A DNA stretch of 64,000 nt from IMG/VR virus record IMGVR_UViG_3300020048_000074, positions 1-64,000 of that record; one strand, written 5' to 3'. A program made the position numbers and the translations under genes. This document shows, one piece after another, positions 16,303 through 26,848 of this stretch. The notes beneath the pieces were generated by a model. That model was given only the letters and a program-made list of their open reading frames with translations, was not told the origin of the DNA and searched no databases. The DNA is from an uncultured virus (IMG/VR IMGVR_UViG_3300020048_000074). Its lineage: Duplodnaviria > Heunggongvirae > Uroviricota > Caudoviricetes. Numbering within the stretch: the first letter of the stretch is position 1; each line of letters opens with the position of its first letter.

Positions 16303-18266
16303 AGCACTCGTATGCTTGAAACGCTGTCTTTCATGGTAACCTCGATCGACCTGTCAAATATTTCAGGTATCACGGTATGGGTAACCAATATCAATTGCGG
16401 GAATATCTTGCGTAACGACTTGTTTACCAAACGCACCAGATTGTCTCGACTCTTCGGGCTGAGATTTCCCATGGCCTCGTCGAGCACAAGGAAGTCCACA
16501 TTGATGGCAGAATCCTCAGCGATGATCTGAGCCACCGCAACACGCACCGAAATAAAGAACATGATCTTTTCACCCATGCTCAATTGTCCGAAAGTCCGTG
16601 ATCCTTTTTGGTCCACAAGGAAAAACTGGATACCGGGCTTACCGCGATCCTCGACTTCTCGAACCTCGATATGCCCATTATCGAATTCCTTGTACACCGC
16701 AGACGCCCGCTCTTCAATTCTAACTGCCAATCGGTTTACCAGTTGAAGCGGGATGCCATAGCGATTCCACGCCGACTTCAACAAACTGAAAGCGGCAATG
16801 TCCAAAGCGCTCCGCTGTATAAGCTTATCGGACTCCGCAACTATTTTTTTCGCGGCGTCTGATCGCTTTATGGATTCACGCATTTGAACGGCGGCACCTG
16901 CATGGGTATGCTTTTCTTCCTGACACTTATCAATGTCAGCCAGAACGTTATTTATTTTTTGCAAAAGACCTTGGTACTCAAGGCCGAGCTTTTCAGATAC
17001 CACGTCAAACCGGCTGTCCTTATGCAAGAGATCGGCCTTGCACTGCGACAGCAGCGTAGTCGTATCCGCGATTGATTTCTTAGCAGCCCCAACGTTCTCA
17101 AGCGAATCGGATATCTGGTCGTTCAGGTCTTCGATTAACGATGTCGTATCTTGATAACTTTTCAAAGCACTCTGGGAACTTTCGAGCGACTTTGAAAGCG
17201 AAACCACTTCAGCGTTAAGCTCAGCTACCGCGCTCTCCCATGACGCTATGATATCCTTGGTTATATCCTGATCGCACAACGGGCACTTCGCAACCTTGCC
17301 AGAAAGTCTTGACGCCACGTTCTTCAACTGAGCCGTAGTTTTCTTTACGGTTATACTTTCTTTTATGCTCTCTATTTTCTCATCCAAGCCAGTTACATCT
17401 TTGGCTTTAATCAAGGCCGTGTATTCTTTCAAAGACTGTCGGTTCACCTTCAAAGCTTCAGTCTCAGACGCTATCGTAGCATTGTATTCATTGATGTCAG
17501 TCTGGTAGTCATTCAGATTATCGGTAAGCCCTTTTCGCTCCACCAACAACCGCTCTTTTTCTTTTACCAAAGTAAGGTACGCGTTTTCTTCAACCTGAAG
17601 ATCAGCCCGTACCTTTTTCAGAGCATCGACTTTTGCATCAGCTTTTTCAATGAGCTTTTCGCATACCACCAGTTCATCGCTTAAACTAAGGCTGCTATTA
17701 AGCACCGCCTCAGCGCCGTCTTTACGGGCAGCCTCAGCAGCGCCGACCTTCTCAGCGTTGGCACATCCATCTTTCGCTTTCGCAAGAAACTTGTTATATG
17801 GCCCAACCTGCGCAAGATTTTGTAACGCCTCCAAACGGGCAGCAGGCAAAACGTGAAGCAGCTTATCAGTGTAGGAATCGCCAAGACCAAAAAACGAAGT
17901 GAGCATGAAGGTATCAACGTCCATCTTTAAATAATTGGCAATCCACGCGTCAGCCTCAGCTCCCTTTGCCAACAGGTTATCCCCATTGTGCACCTCGGTA
18001 AAACCAGCGCCGCTTGCTTTCCTTCCACGAGTTACACAAATATCATGGTCATCCCAGATATCGACCCGGTGTGATCCGTCACCATGGATACGGCTCATCC
18101 CGAGTTTGTCTTCCCGGCCAACGCCGTAATATGCATAAGGTATGGATTCAAGGAACGCACTCTTGCCCATTCCGTTGTCGCCTACCACCGCGAAAGTGGA
18201 ACCGTAAAATGAAACGTCTACGGATTCGTATGATAAAAAGTTCTCAAGCGCTATTCTCGTTATCAT
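16299..18266 (-). CDS. sbcC: SbcC/Rad50-like ATPase
   Basis: GDNGMGKS, coiled coil with CPLC hook, LSMGE signature, LDE. Confidence 0.93.
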   Translation of the reverse strand: MITRIALENFLSYESVDVSFYGSTFAVVGDNGMGKSAFLESIPYAYYGVGREDKLGMSRIHGDGSHRVDIWDDHDICVTRGRKASGAGFTEVHNGDNLLAKGAEADAWIANYLKMDVDTFMLTSFFGLGDSYTDKLLHVLPAARLEALQNLAQVGPYNKFLAKAKDGCANAEKVGAAEAARKDGAEAVLNSSLSLSDELVVCEKLIEKADAKVDALKKVRADLQVEENAYLTLVKEKERLLVERKGLTDNLNDYQTDINEYNATIASETEALKVNRQSLKEYTALIKAKDVTGLDEKIESIKESITVKKTTAQLKNVASRLSGKVAKCPLCDQDITKDIIASWESAVAELNAEVVSLSKSLESSQSALKSYQDTTSLIEDLNDQISDSLENVGAAKKSIADTTTLLSQCKADLLHKDSRFDVVSEKLGLEYQGLLQKINNVLADIDKCQEEKHTHAGAAVQMRESIKRSDAAKKIVAESDKLIQRSALDIAAFSLLKSAWNRYGIPLQLVNRLAVRIEERASAVYKEFDNGHIEVREVEDRGKPGIQFFLVDQKGSRTFGQLSMGEKIMFFISVRVAVAQIIAEDSAINVDFLVLDEAMGNLSPKSRDNLVRLVNKSLRKIFPQLILVTHTVIPEIFDRSIEVTMKDSVSSIRVL

Positions 18267-19369
18267 TCCAAAACCCCCGCGATTATTTCTCGACCAAGTT
18301 TTAAAGCCAAAAGCTTTACTTCTTTATGCTCTTGGGCACCCTTCACGTATTCAACAAGAAGCTGGTCATGCGATAACGTCACATCACTCTTCACCGCTTT
18401 GTTTCCTGCGGTTACCACCACGGTTTCAAAGCGGGTAACATATCCGTACTTGTTAAACAGCTTTCTAATTCCCGCTTCGTTTATCACACCATGCGCTTTT
18501 GCCAGCACGGTTATTTTTATAATAGCCCCGGAAACCAATTGTTTTATAACTGATTCATCGAGACTGGTTTCATCCTTGTTGGTAAAATCAAGCTCGACAT
18601 GGACCCATGGCGTAATGTCAGATTCAGGGTAGGCCGTCCAATTCCATTTCAAAGTTTTTAAATCCACCTCGATGTAACCCTTGGCTTCATCCACTTCGCC
18701 AAAGTTGTTTATGGTAAGACTTCCGGGATACGCCCATTTTTTCCCTTTGATATGCCCGTGGATATGCCCTAAAAGCATAAGCTCCAAATTGGTGAACGCC
18801 GATGGATCAATTGTCATGGCATTTCCGGCTTCAAAAAAGATATCGTTCGAGTAACTTGAATCCTTTATCATGCCATGAGTGATTATAAAATCACTTTTTG
18901 GAAACGTGGTGCTTACCCATTTCGATACCGACCCGTGACCCTGCTCGGCCTGCTCTTGCAGATTAGTAGGCACATGGGGGATAACCAACGCTACACGAAC
19001 AAAACCGTCCTCGACGATTTCTACAAGACTCGGATGCGTAACTGTGGTTATACCTTTCATGCTTATACGCGCCACCATAAACATGGAAGTCCAATCGACA
19101 CCGCCGTCATGGTTCCCGGCAAGCAGGATTACGGGAACGTCGTTGTCAGAGCATTTCGATAACCAGTCAAAAAACACCGACATGACCTGAGTGGTTGGAT
19201 TCATTCGATTGAAAATGTCACCACCCACCACAATAGTTTGCTTCGACATCCGGGCAATTGCTTGAATAAAATCCAAACGTTTACGGATATCCACGGTCTG
19301 GCTCGGAGTACCTTCAACATCGATCGAATCATTCGTCTTACCCAAATGGATGTCAGCTATAAAAATCAC
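18263..19369 (-). CDS. sbcD: SbcD/Mre11-like nuclease
   Basis: ADIHLG, GGDIF, GNHD, TH, GHIH, YPGS. Confidence 0.93.
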   Translation of the reverse strand: MIFIADIHLGKTNDSIDVEGTPSQTVDIRKRLDFIQAIARMSKQTIVVGGDIFNRMNPTTQVMSVFFDWLSKCSDNDVPVILLAGNHDGGVDWTSMFMVARISMKGITTVTHPSLVEIVEDGFVRVALVIPHVPTNLQEQAEQGHGSVSKWVSTTFPKSDFIITHGMIKDSSYSNDIFFEAGNAMTIDPSAFTNLELMLLGHIHGHIKGKKWAYPGSLTINNFGEVDEAKGYIEVDLKTLKWNWTAYPESDITPWVHVELDFTNKDETSLDESVIKQLVSGAIIKITVLAKAHGVINEAGIRKLFNKYGYVTRFETVVVTAGNKAVKSDVTLSHDQLLVEYVKGAQEHKEVKLLALKLGREIIAGVLE

Positions 19370-20514
19370 AGGGCAGCCTCCAATGACTTAATTATTTCGA
19401 TCACGTCAGCGTAGACTTCCGGCTCTTCAAGAATCATAGCCAAACCACGCGATGTGTAATACTTTCCCTTTGACGGAATATACAAAACATCCCCTTTTAC
19501 TTTCGGGACAATAACCGGCTCAACCTTTTTTATTTTCTTTTGTCCCATGCCCGGTTTGGACGCCTGTTTTGTTTCTATAACCTCTACTTCTTTTACTTTA
19601 ATCTTTGGGGGTTTAAACGCCCCGGCGAACTCCAAGAATGAAATCGTATCGGCTACCTTGTCGATACCCTTCCCGTATTCAATCACAAAAGATGCGGTAC
19701 GATGTGGAGGATACAACTTGTTTTTCACCACTTTAACATTGGTACCGGTTCCGGTTTCAATTCCCGCCTCTTCCGCGCCATAACCCATCAACGTCTTTCC
19801 TGTTTTTTTCTCAGACCGTGGGGCGCGTACTTCTAAGCGATAAGAAGCATAAAACTTTAAAGCGTTTCCACCTGAAGTGGTTTCTGGATTACCAAACATA
19901 ACGCCAATTTTCAAACGTATTTGATTTATAAAAATAATAATAGCGCCTGTCTTTGCGACCAATCCAGTCAACTTGCGAAGGGCTTGGCTCATAAGACGAG
20001 CTTGAAGACCAACATGGGCTTCACCCATTTCACCCTCAAGCTCAGCGCGTGGAACCAGAGCAGAAACAGAATCGATAACTACAAGCCGATACCCGGACTT
20101 TATGGCGATTTCAACTTCATTCAAAGCGTCTTCACCGCAGTCCGGTTGGCTTATAGATAGGTTCTCAAGGTTGACACCCAAGCACTCAGCATAAAACACA
20201 TCGAGCGCATGTTCAGCGTCAACAAAAAGACATGGAATAGGTTCCCCGGTAAGTGCTTCAAGTTTCTGAGCCTCAGCAATAGCGTGAAGCGTCAGCGTAG
20301 TCTTTCCAGATTGCTCAGGACCATACACCTCAGCGATACGGCCCCAAACAAACCCGACAAAAGGCGATCCAGAAAGCGACATATTCAGCCTCAAGCTGGT
20401 CAATGATAATCCGTGGGTCAACCGCTTACCCTTTTCGGCTACCAGAGTACCAAGGGCATCACGATTCAACGCGGCGTTTACTTTAGCTCGAAGTTCGTCA
20501 TGTCTCATTTCCAA
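19366..20514 (-). CDS. recA: RecA recombinase
   Basis: [45 protein letters not shown]. Confidence 0.97.
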   Translation of the reverse strand: MEMRHDELRAKVNAALNRDALGTLVAEKGKRLTHGLSLTSLRLNMSLSGSPFVGFVWGRIAEVYGPEQSGKTTLTLHAIAEAQKLEALTGEPIPCLFVDAEHALDVFYAECLGVNLENLSISQPDCGEDALNEVEIAIKSGYRLVVIDSVSALVPRAELEGEMGEAHVGLQARLMSQALRKLTGLVAKTGAIIIFINQIRLKIGVMFGNPETTSGGNALKFYASYRLEVRAPRSEKKTGKTLMGYGAEEAGIETGTGTNVKVVKNKLYPPHRTASFVIEYGKGIDKVADTISFLEFAGAFKPPKIKVKEVEVIETKQASKPGMGQKKIKKVEPVIVPKVKGDVLYIPSKGKYYTSRGLAMILEEPEVYADVIEIIKSLEAAL

Positions 20515-20969
20515 GTCCTCATACTAACAATATTCAAGATTGTAGTTTTTGACACACCATACAACCTAGCTAAGCTTACAGCGCTGCAAGAGTGGGATTT
20601 ATTACCCAAATTAACATAGGTCTTACGGATGTCCATAACTTCAGCTTCAGTAAGTCTGGTATTAAAATTACGTTCATGAAGCGCCGTTCTTTTTTTAAGT
20701 GCCGCGTCATGATTATTATCTTTGTGGCTACCTAAGAAAAGATGGTCTGGGTTTACACACTTAGGGTTATCACATGAATGGCATACTAGCATCCCTTTTG
20801 GTATCTCACCATATTTTTTCTCATAAGCCGCCCGATGAGCACCAACTTTCTTACCTCGTAAGGTTAAAAGAGTGTATCGACAATTACCACTACCGCATAA
20901 TGCTACATGCGAGGTAATCTCTATGCACCCTGAATTAGTTGTTTGGTACTCTATCGGGCGACTCAACAT
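20505..20969 (-). CDS. free-standing HNH homing endonuclease with C-terminal HTH
   Basis: [42 protein letters not shown]. Confidence 0.9.
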   Translation of the reverse strand: MLSRPIEYQTTNSGCIEITSHVALCGSGNCRYTLLTLRGKKVGAHRAAYEKKYGEIPKGMLVCHSCDNPKCVNPDHLFLGSHKDNNHDAALKKRTALHERNFNTRLTEAEVMDIRKTYVNLGNKSHSCSAVSLARLYGVSKTTILNIVSMRTWK

Positions 20970-22033
20970 TATAACTTTACCTTTCCAGAGGGCCGTGCAG
21001 GTGTTGCGCCGGGGCGATGCGCTGCGGGAGCTGCCGGTTTTGAAGTGGGAGCTATCTTGGCCGCAGGTGCCTTGGTCGTAGCCGCAGGGCGAGGGGCGAC
21101 ACGCGGAGCGATTTTAGATGCCGGTTCCTCTTCCGGGAGGTCGTCAACGAAATCGGTATCCTCGGGAAGGTCATCGAGATCGGCGTCATCCGGAGTCTCA
21201 GCGGAATCACCCTCGGCCTCAGTCTCCACCGGATCATCCGCTTCGGGGGCTTCCACAGCCTGCCCGGAGATCAAGGAATATACCTTTTCGATCTCTTCGG
21301 AATCGATGGCGAAGTTTTCAGCGAGGTCCATGTCCAAAAGTTCCTGCGGAATTTCCACATCGGGCATTCCCGACTCGGCAGCATCGGCAGACCATACGAC
21401 CGCGCTGTAGTTGCTCGACTTCCCTTTCCTGTTTTCCTTGGCGGTCCACAAAACTCGTTTACCAAGGTCGTCGCCGCTGGCAATGAATGAAGTGGTTTCC
21501 CCGTTTATCATCCCGGTAAGCCCGGAAAATTGAGACTCGGAAAGAGATATCACGCCGATGCCGGTTGAACTCTCGGAATCTTCCATGTCGAAATCGGGCA
21601 CCCACTCTTTGCCTGTTTTGGTTTTGAGAAGGGTCCGCTGCCCGCGTATCGCCTTGAACTGGACTTCCGGTTTTCCGTGAAGCTTGTTGGCGCGATCCTT
21701 CAGGACTTTTGCCCGGGCTTCGTCACCCTCTTCAACGAGGCGTTTCGCTTCTTGATAGAGTTCGAGAACGTGGGCGCATATCGGGCAGGCATCGGTCGCA
21801 AAACCTTTACCCTCAAGCCCGCCTGCGCAAACGATCCTCCGTCCGTTGCCGCCGACATCATACCAATGGACGTAGCCATCGGCGTAATCGAGCGTGATGA
21901 AATACCACGGGGTTTTCTGATCCGGGATGCCAAGATACCAGCTCGGAGCTTTCTCCATGGCTTTCTGCGTTGACTTGACATCCTGTTGGTTGCTAAGACT
22001 TTTCATGTTCTGTCTCTCCTTATCGCCCGGCAA
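20969..22033 (-). CDS. probable single-stranded DNA-binding protein (gp32-like)
   Basis: H..C..CPIC Zn site, acidic C-terminal region, lies between UvsY-like gene and recA. Confidence 0.65.
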   Translation of the reverse strand: MPGDKERQNMKSLSNQQDVKSTQKAMEKAPSWYLGIPDQKTPWYFITLDYADGYVHWYDVGGNGRRIVCAGGLEGKGFATDACPICAHVLELYQEAKRLVEEGDEARAKVLKDRANKLHGKPEVQFKAIRGQRTLLKTKTGKEWVPDFDMEDSESSTGIGVISLSESQFSGLTGMINGETTSFIASGDDLGKRVLWTAKENRKGKSSNYSAVVWSADAAESGMPDVEIPQELLDMDLAENFAIDSEEIEKVYSLISGQAVEAPEADDPVETEAEGDSAETPDDADLDDLPEDTDFVDDLPEEEPASKIAPRVAPRPAATTKAPAAKIAPTSKPAAPAAHRPGATPARPSGKVKL

Positions 22034-22529
22034 GGGTTCCCTTACCGCGAAGTTCTATGTTACTCAATTCACCGTAAGTGAGCCGAGCTATTTCACGAAG
22101 CGTCCACGTCATGGTGTTGTACCCGGTGGTCAAGACGCCTATTTTCTTGTTCACGTCTTGAAGGTCACGGATAGCTGCTTTACGCGTCCGATACTGAACG
22201 GTGTTATCAAGAATTACTTTCGACTTTTTCCATGTCTCGGTATTCTTGCTGTACTGCTCGTCAAGCTCCATGTATACTTTCTGGAACCACAAATCGAAGT
22301 CCTCTTCGAGGTCAGCGATTTCACGCTCGACGCCCACCTGCAAGCTCTTCCAGTAGGACAGGCGACCGGGTATTTCGTTCAAGTGCTCTTTGATCTCGTC
22401 GGTCGAGAGGTCACGAAGCACAAGACGGTTCTCGATAGGCGAGTTGTACGCCTTGCCCTTGTACTTGAATTCGACTATGTGGGATCGCCACTCTTCGATG
22501 GTAGTGCCTTTAAGCGTTTTCGTAGCCAT
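22020..22529 (-). CDS. UvsY-like recombination mediator (helical)
   Basis: coiled-coil protein next to SSB and recA; strong GGAGG SD. Confidence 0.5.
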   Translation of the reverse strand: MATKTLKGTTIEEWRSHIVEFKYKGKAYNSPIENRLVLRDLSTDEIKEHLNEIPGRLSYWKSLQVGVEREIADLEEDFDLWFQKVYMELDEQYSKNTETWKKSKVILDNTVQYRTRKAAIRDLQDVNKKIGVLTTGYNTMTWTLREIARLTYGELSNIELRGKGTLAGR

Positions 22530-22583
22530 GTAACCTCCTGCATATATCTTATCGATCCAACGACCAATGTGTATCGACTATTC

Positions 22584-23665
22584 TTAAATATTTAACCGAT
22601 TTACGTTTTCCCGGGAATCCAATCGCGCTTTGTCTTTCTCGGCGCTATGAATCATCCTGTCAATACCTTTACCACGTGCCATTCCCGATATGAGGATGTG
22701 CACCTGAAGGGAGGTGAGCTTTTTGTTGAAATACGAACACCGAAGCGAATCCGGGGTATGCCGGGTCGCCTTGGACACCGACTGAAGCACGTGCTCAATG
22801 AACTGAAGCGTATCGGGCTTGTCTTTCCAGCTTTCAGGTATCCCGATCGACACCACGTAGCGCTTGGCCGTTCGCATGTCTAATGAGCCGAAAACCAGAC
22901 TGGCATCGCGGATCATGGTTGACAAGACATCGCTCGTAGACAGATCAAACGTCAGTTGCCTGATGTCTGTGTACCCGCTCTTCGAGAACAGAACACGCCG
23001 GACATCGTTTTTATCCAACGCCTNNNNNNNNNNGCCTTGTACCCGCTTGCCACATCGATAAACGCAGCAAAGCGATCGATCTCGGTAAGCAGCCAGAAGC
23101 GTTTCAACGCAGCTACGATGCCTTTGTTTACCGCGCCCCAGTAATCAAACCCTTCACCATTCCCGTACCGCTTTACGCAGTATTCGTTGTCGATCAAAAG
23201 GATTGATATTTTTTCAGGCTGGATGTATCGGGCGATAAGCCGGTCGAGCGACACCAACGCATTCGGCTTGGTTGGAATGCCCTCGCGGTCTTCAGGCAGC
23301 GTGAATACTAAAAACACTTCTTTCTTTTTCAAAAGCAGGTACTCGATCAATGGGAACATGAACCCGGTCCCGGCACCACCGCCACCGCCTACGATGACGA
23401 GAATGTATTTTGAATCCTCAAACGACGAACGCGTTAAAAACGCTTTAACGTCATCGAACCGATTCTTTACCATCTGCTCACCAAACTCGGGGTTTCTCCC
23501 TGTCCCACCCTCTTCAAAAATCAAGACGTTTTTTCTGTCGGTTTCAAGGTGTGTGAAATCGACACCGGCAAGATTCATGTACATGGTTGGAACGTCAAAC
23601 CCTTTTCCAAACGACTGAGCAAGCCTACCGCCGCCCTGACCTAATCCGATTACGAAATCAAACAC
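22584..23665 (-). CDS. tubulin/FtsZ-family GTPase (TubZ/PhuZ-like), interrupted by an assembly gap at 23024-23033
   Basis: IGLGQGGGRLA, GGTGRNPEFG, GGGGGAGTG signature, IDN; collapsing the duplicated gcct flanks restores the frame GYKALDKND; GTG start after GGAGGT. Confidence 0.88.
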
Positions 23666-24617
23666 TTTGAAACCTCCATAGTGAAAATATTTCTTCGACT
23701 TCTTGCTCATCCAACTCGTTCGGGTCTTTACCCTCGATCAAACGGGCAGATACTACCGGAACATAACGTGATAGTTTTTTAAGTTCCCCGTCACGATTCT
23801 TCTTACCGGGGACGTTATGGACACCGTACATCGCCGTAAGGCCAGCAGGGTCGTCATCGTATCCCAAAACAGCTTTCTTAGCGTATTTTCGTATTATGTT
23901 TATTTTCCACGGCGTCAAAGGGGACGTACCCATGTTTGACACCGCAGGAATATTGAATTGCTGAAGGTATATCGCGTCGAACTCACCCTCGACAATCACA
24001 AGCGCCTTTGGCTTAGGGCATATTTTAAGAAGCTCGTATATCCCAAAAAATGTCCTATGAGGCGACCGGCTCTTCTTGGTCTTCGGTCGCATCTCCGCGT
24101 ATATCGCTCGGCCCACGTAAGCTACCAGTTTTCCGTCCGGATCGAATATAGGCAGTACGACACGATTACGGTATTTTCCGGTATCGCCACCCCAACGCAT
24201 CTTAAACCGTTTTATCGATTCAGGCGTCATCCCCCGGCCTATCAAGTAATCCCAAGCCTCGCTATTTTCTTCAACCGCAGGAAACGCCTTTAAAAATGAT
24301 TTCAGGTTATAAAACTGAAACACCTCTTCTTGCTTATCGAGCATCCTGCCAAGCGAATCCATCAGATCGGTTACACCAGTTTGACCGCGCAGCCTGCGAA
24401 GCGCCTGCTGGATCGGAACGTTATCCACTTTCGCAATAAACTCAGCAAAGCTCCCCTCTTCGCCGCACCCAAAACATTTGTAGTACCCGGTATCCACCCA
24501 AAGACCGCATGACGGCTCCGAGTCATTATGGAATGGGCAACAAACCATAAACCTGTCCTTGGCTTGATAGTGATCCACGCCAAGATCGTCTAATATTTTT
24601 TCGACATCAATGCTCAT
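23658..24617 (-). CDS. dnaG: DNA primase (CHC2 Zn finger + TOPRIM)
   Basis: CPFHND..CFGC, VEGEFD, YDDDPAG, KDPNE. Confidence 0.93.
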   Translation of the reverse strand: MSIDVEKILDDLGVDHYQAKDRFMVCCPFHNDSEPSCGLWVDTGYYKCFGCGEEGSFAEFIAKVDNVPIQQALRRLRGQTGVTDLMDSLGRMLDKQEEVFQFYNLKSFLKAFPAVEENSEAWDYLIGRGMTPESIKRFKMRWGGDTGKYRNRVVLPIFDPDGKLVAYVGRAIYAEMRPKTKKSRSPHRTFFGIYELLKICPKPKALVIVEGEFDAIYLQQFNIPAVSNMGTSPLTPWKINIIRKYAKKAVLGYDDDPAGLTAMYGVHNVPGKKNRDGELKKLSRYVPVVSARLIEGKDPNELDEQEVEEIFSLWRFQSV

Positions 24618-26061
24618 GCAACGTCTTCTTTGGTCGGGCACTTCGCTGCGATGTTTTCTTAATGTCCAAAGTATCGGGCAGCCTACCGCTCAACGTCTTC
24701 GTCTCATAAACGTCTTGGTGTATCCGCATGATATCAAGCTTCGGAGTAAGCACAATCGGCCTAGAGGGTAACGGCGCGTTACGCATTTTTAAAATCTGAA
24801 GCTTCATTCGATTCTCGATGATATCTTTTTCAGACCGTATAAGAGCGGCAATGACGGGAGCACACTCGCTTATCGCTCTCGCATACTTTAGGTCCTGCGC
24901 ATCGAACAGCTCTTTCTCGTATGCCTCATCTTTAACCTGCCCGGCAGTCCATCCAACCAAGTCATGCTCGGCAACAAGACCTTTAAAATCCCACACCGCT
25001 TCAGCCTGATCCTCCCAACCGCCCTTACCCGCCCGGCGTACCGGGTCCATTATGTTTATATAATCAGCGCATATAACTTCTACTTTTCGGCCTGTCTCTT
25101 CCTGAATGCGCATTAAATCGCGCTCAATGCTCTCAGCCGTAAACCTTCGAGTGTATGCGCCAACGTACAGCATATTGTGCTGCTTGGCCCTGTACATTTT
25201 TATAGTGTCATCCCATTTTTTAAAATCCTCATCCTCCAAGTTGGCTACACGGAACTTCAATCCGGATATCTCGGTCAAATAAGAATCGATGCGAAACTCC
25301 AAAGCCTCCTTCGACATTTCACCCGACACCAGCATTACATCGTGGCCGCGTACCCAAGCGTGCACCCCGAAATTAACCAACGAAGCTGTTTTTCCAACTC
25401 CGGTTATTCCGGCAATAAGCCCAAACTCTTTTTTCATCATGCCACCAATGAGATGGTCAAATCGGTATATCCCTGTCGGTATTCCCGCGTTACCTTCATG
25501 GTTTTCGGAATCCTCTTTTTTCTGGGCCATTACTTCTATGCGTGTTTCATAGTCATCCAGATACATTCCTGAGTTTTCGGTATCAACCAGATCAACCGGG
25601 CGGCCAAGTACCATAAGCTTTCGCTTGGCATCGTCGAGATTAAAATTCTTCATGCCGCCGATTATTTCACCGCAGCCGGTAAGGATGCCCCGCGTCTCGT
25701 GGAGCTTCAATACCTGAAGCATCATGTGCTTTACATTTTTGGAATTGAACAGGGATACGTCCACCGTAAATAACTGGTCAACCACTTCGTCGTAAAGCTG
25801 ATCCTCGTCTTTCCCTATCAAACCCCGTTCATTCATCTCGTTTATGAGCATGGGTTTCGACATGGTGATACGCAAATCGTTCACGACAGAAAACACGTCC
25901 TGCAAAAGGATATCGCTAAGCCACGCTTTCTGCATCATACCAGCAGCGACCGGATTTGATCGGGATAAGTAAGCAACAAGTTGGTATTCTATCTCTGGAT
26001 CACGGAACTCTTCAGCCGCGTCTCGTATTTTCTCATCAAGTGGTTTGGTAGACATTATCAT
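24607..26061 (-). CDS. dnaB: replicative DnaB-like helicase
   Basis: IPTG, GITGVGKT, SGEM, ADYI, ILKMRN. Confidence 0.92.
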   Translation of the reverse strand: MIMSTKPLDEKIRDAAEEFRDPEIEYQLVAYLSRSNPVAAGMMQKAWLSDILLQDVFSVVNDLRITMSKPMLINEMNERGLIGKDEDQLYDEVVDQLFTVDVSLFNSKNVKHMMLQVLKLHETRGILTGCGEIIGGMKNFNLDDAKRKLMVLGRPVDLVDTENSGMYLDDYETRIEVMAQKKEDSENHEGNAGIPTGIYRFDHLIGGMMKKEFGLIAGITGVGKTASLVNFGVHAWVRGHDVMLVSGEMSKEALEFRIDSYLTEISGLKFRVANLEDEDFKKWDDTIKMYRAKQHNMLYVGAYTRRFTAESIERDLMRIQEETGRKVEVICADYINIMDPVRRAGKGGWEDQAEAVWDFKGLVAEHDLVGWTAGQVKDEAYEKELFDAQDLKYARAISECAPVIAALIRSEKDIIENRMKLQILKMRNAPLPSRPIVLTPKLDIMRIHQDVYETKTLSGRLPDTLDIKKTSQRSARPKKTLHEH

Positions 26062-26848
26062 CCTCCGCTTGCTCTCGGTCCATAAGACGCTGCGCCATAT
26101 CGGTTATGCAAGCATCGAAGTAATCCCGGTTCGATTCCATTATGGTATCCCATCTCGTTTGAAGCGTGTCGCTGTAGTCGTCACCCTCTACGTTAAGAAA
26201 CTTTAAGTGGCGACGAAGCATCGACATGGTGGATTGGCCAAAAACCTCTTCCAGCGTCTTTTCGTCATGGTTAGTGCACACGATCAGTGATGAACCTTCA
26301 GCGGTTTTCCTACGAAAGAAATCCTCCAACGTTTTTGTTACGAAGTTTGATTTCGCTTTTATGTACACCTTGTCAAGTTCATCAAGCAAAATCACATCGG
26401 CATTTTCGTATTCCACCGAGTATCCTGCTTCATCTTTTCGAGACTCGATGTATTGCTGCGCCGTAAAGTATTGCACCTTGTAACCTTGCACCACAGCCTC
26501 TTTACCGATAGCACACTGCATCGATGTTTTACCTATTCCATTCGCGCCAAGAAACAAAACACCAAGGGCATGTGTTGTGGCTTTAGGCAGGCGCTTGATA
26601 TACCAGTGGCAAAACTTTTTATAAAGATCACTCACGCCATCAAGGTTGTCCAGACCAAGCCACCAGTAATCACGAGGTATGCCTGATTCCAACAACGCAT
26701 TCAGGTAGTGAAACACCGTCATGCATTTGCACGGGTTTGGCTTACCGGGAACCACCGGAGTCAACCACCCAGAACCACCACACTCGGAATGGCTACTCAC
26801 CAATTCCGATTTCAAGGCAAGCATTGCGTTTTTAAGTTCTACGCGCAT
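26036..26848 (-). CDS. DnaC/IstB-like helicase loader ATPase
   Basis: CGG..CKC Zn, GANGIGKT, LLDEL, CTN. Confidence 0.88.
   Translation of the reverse strand: MRVELKNAMLALKSELVSSHSECGGSGWLTPVVPGKPNPCKCMTVFHYLNALLESGIPRDYWWLGLDNLDGVSDLYKKFCHWYIKRLPKATTHALGVLFLGANGIGKTSMQCAIGKEAVVQGYKVQYFTAQQYIESRKDEAGYSVEYENADVILLDELDKVYIKAKSNFVTKTLEDFFRRKTAEGSSLIVCTNHDEKTLEEVFGQSTMSMLRRHLKFLNVEGDDYSDTLQTRWDTIMESNRDYFDACITDMAQRLMDREQAEDDNVYQTT

Noticed and set aside
20505..20969. HNH gene as part of a group I intron in recA or ssb
   Set aside because: Both neighbours look complete and overlap the HNH ORF, leaving no room for intron structure.
23024..23033. Apparent frameshift or split of the tubulin gene
   Set aside because: Coincides with a 10-N scaffold gap; merging the duplicated gcct flanks restores one frame.
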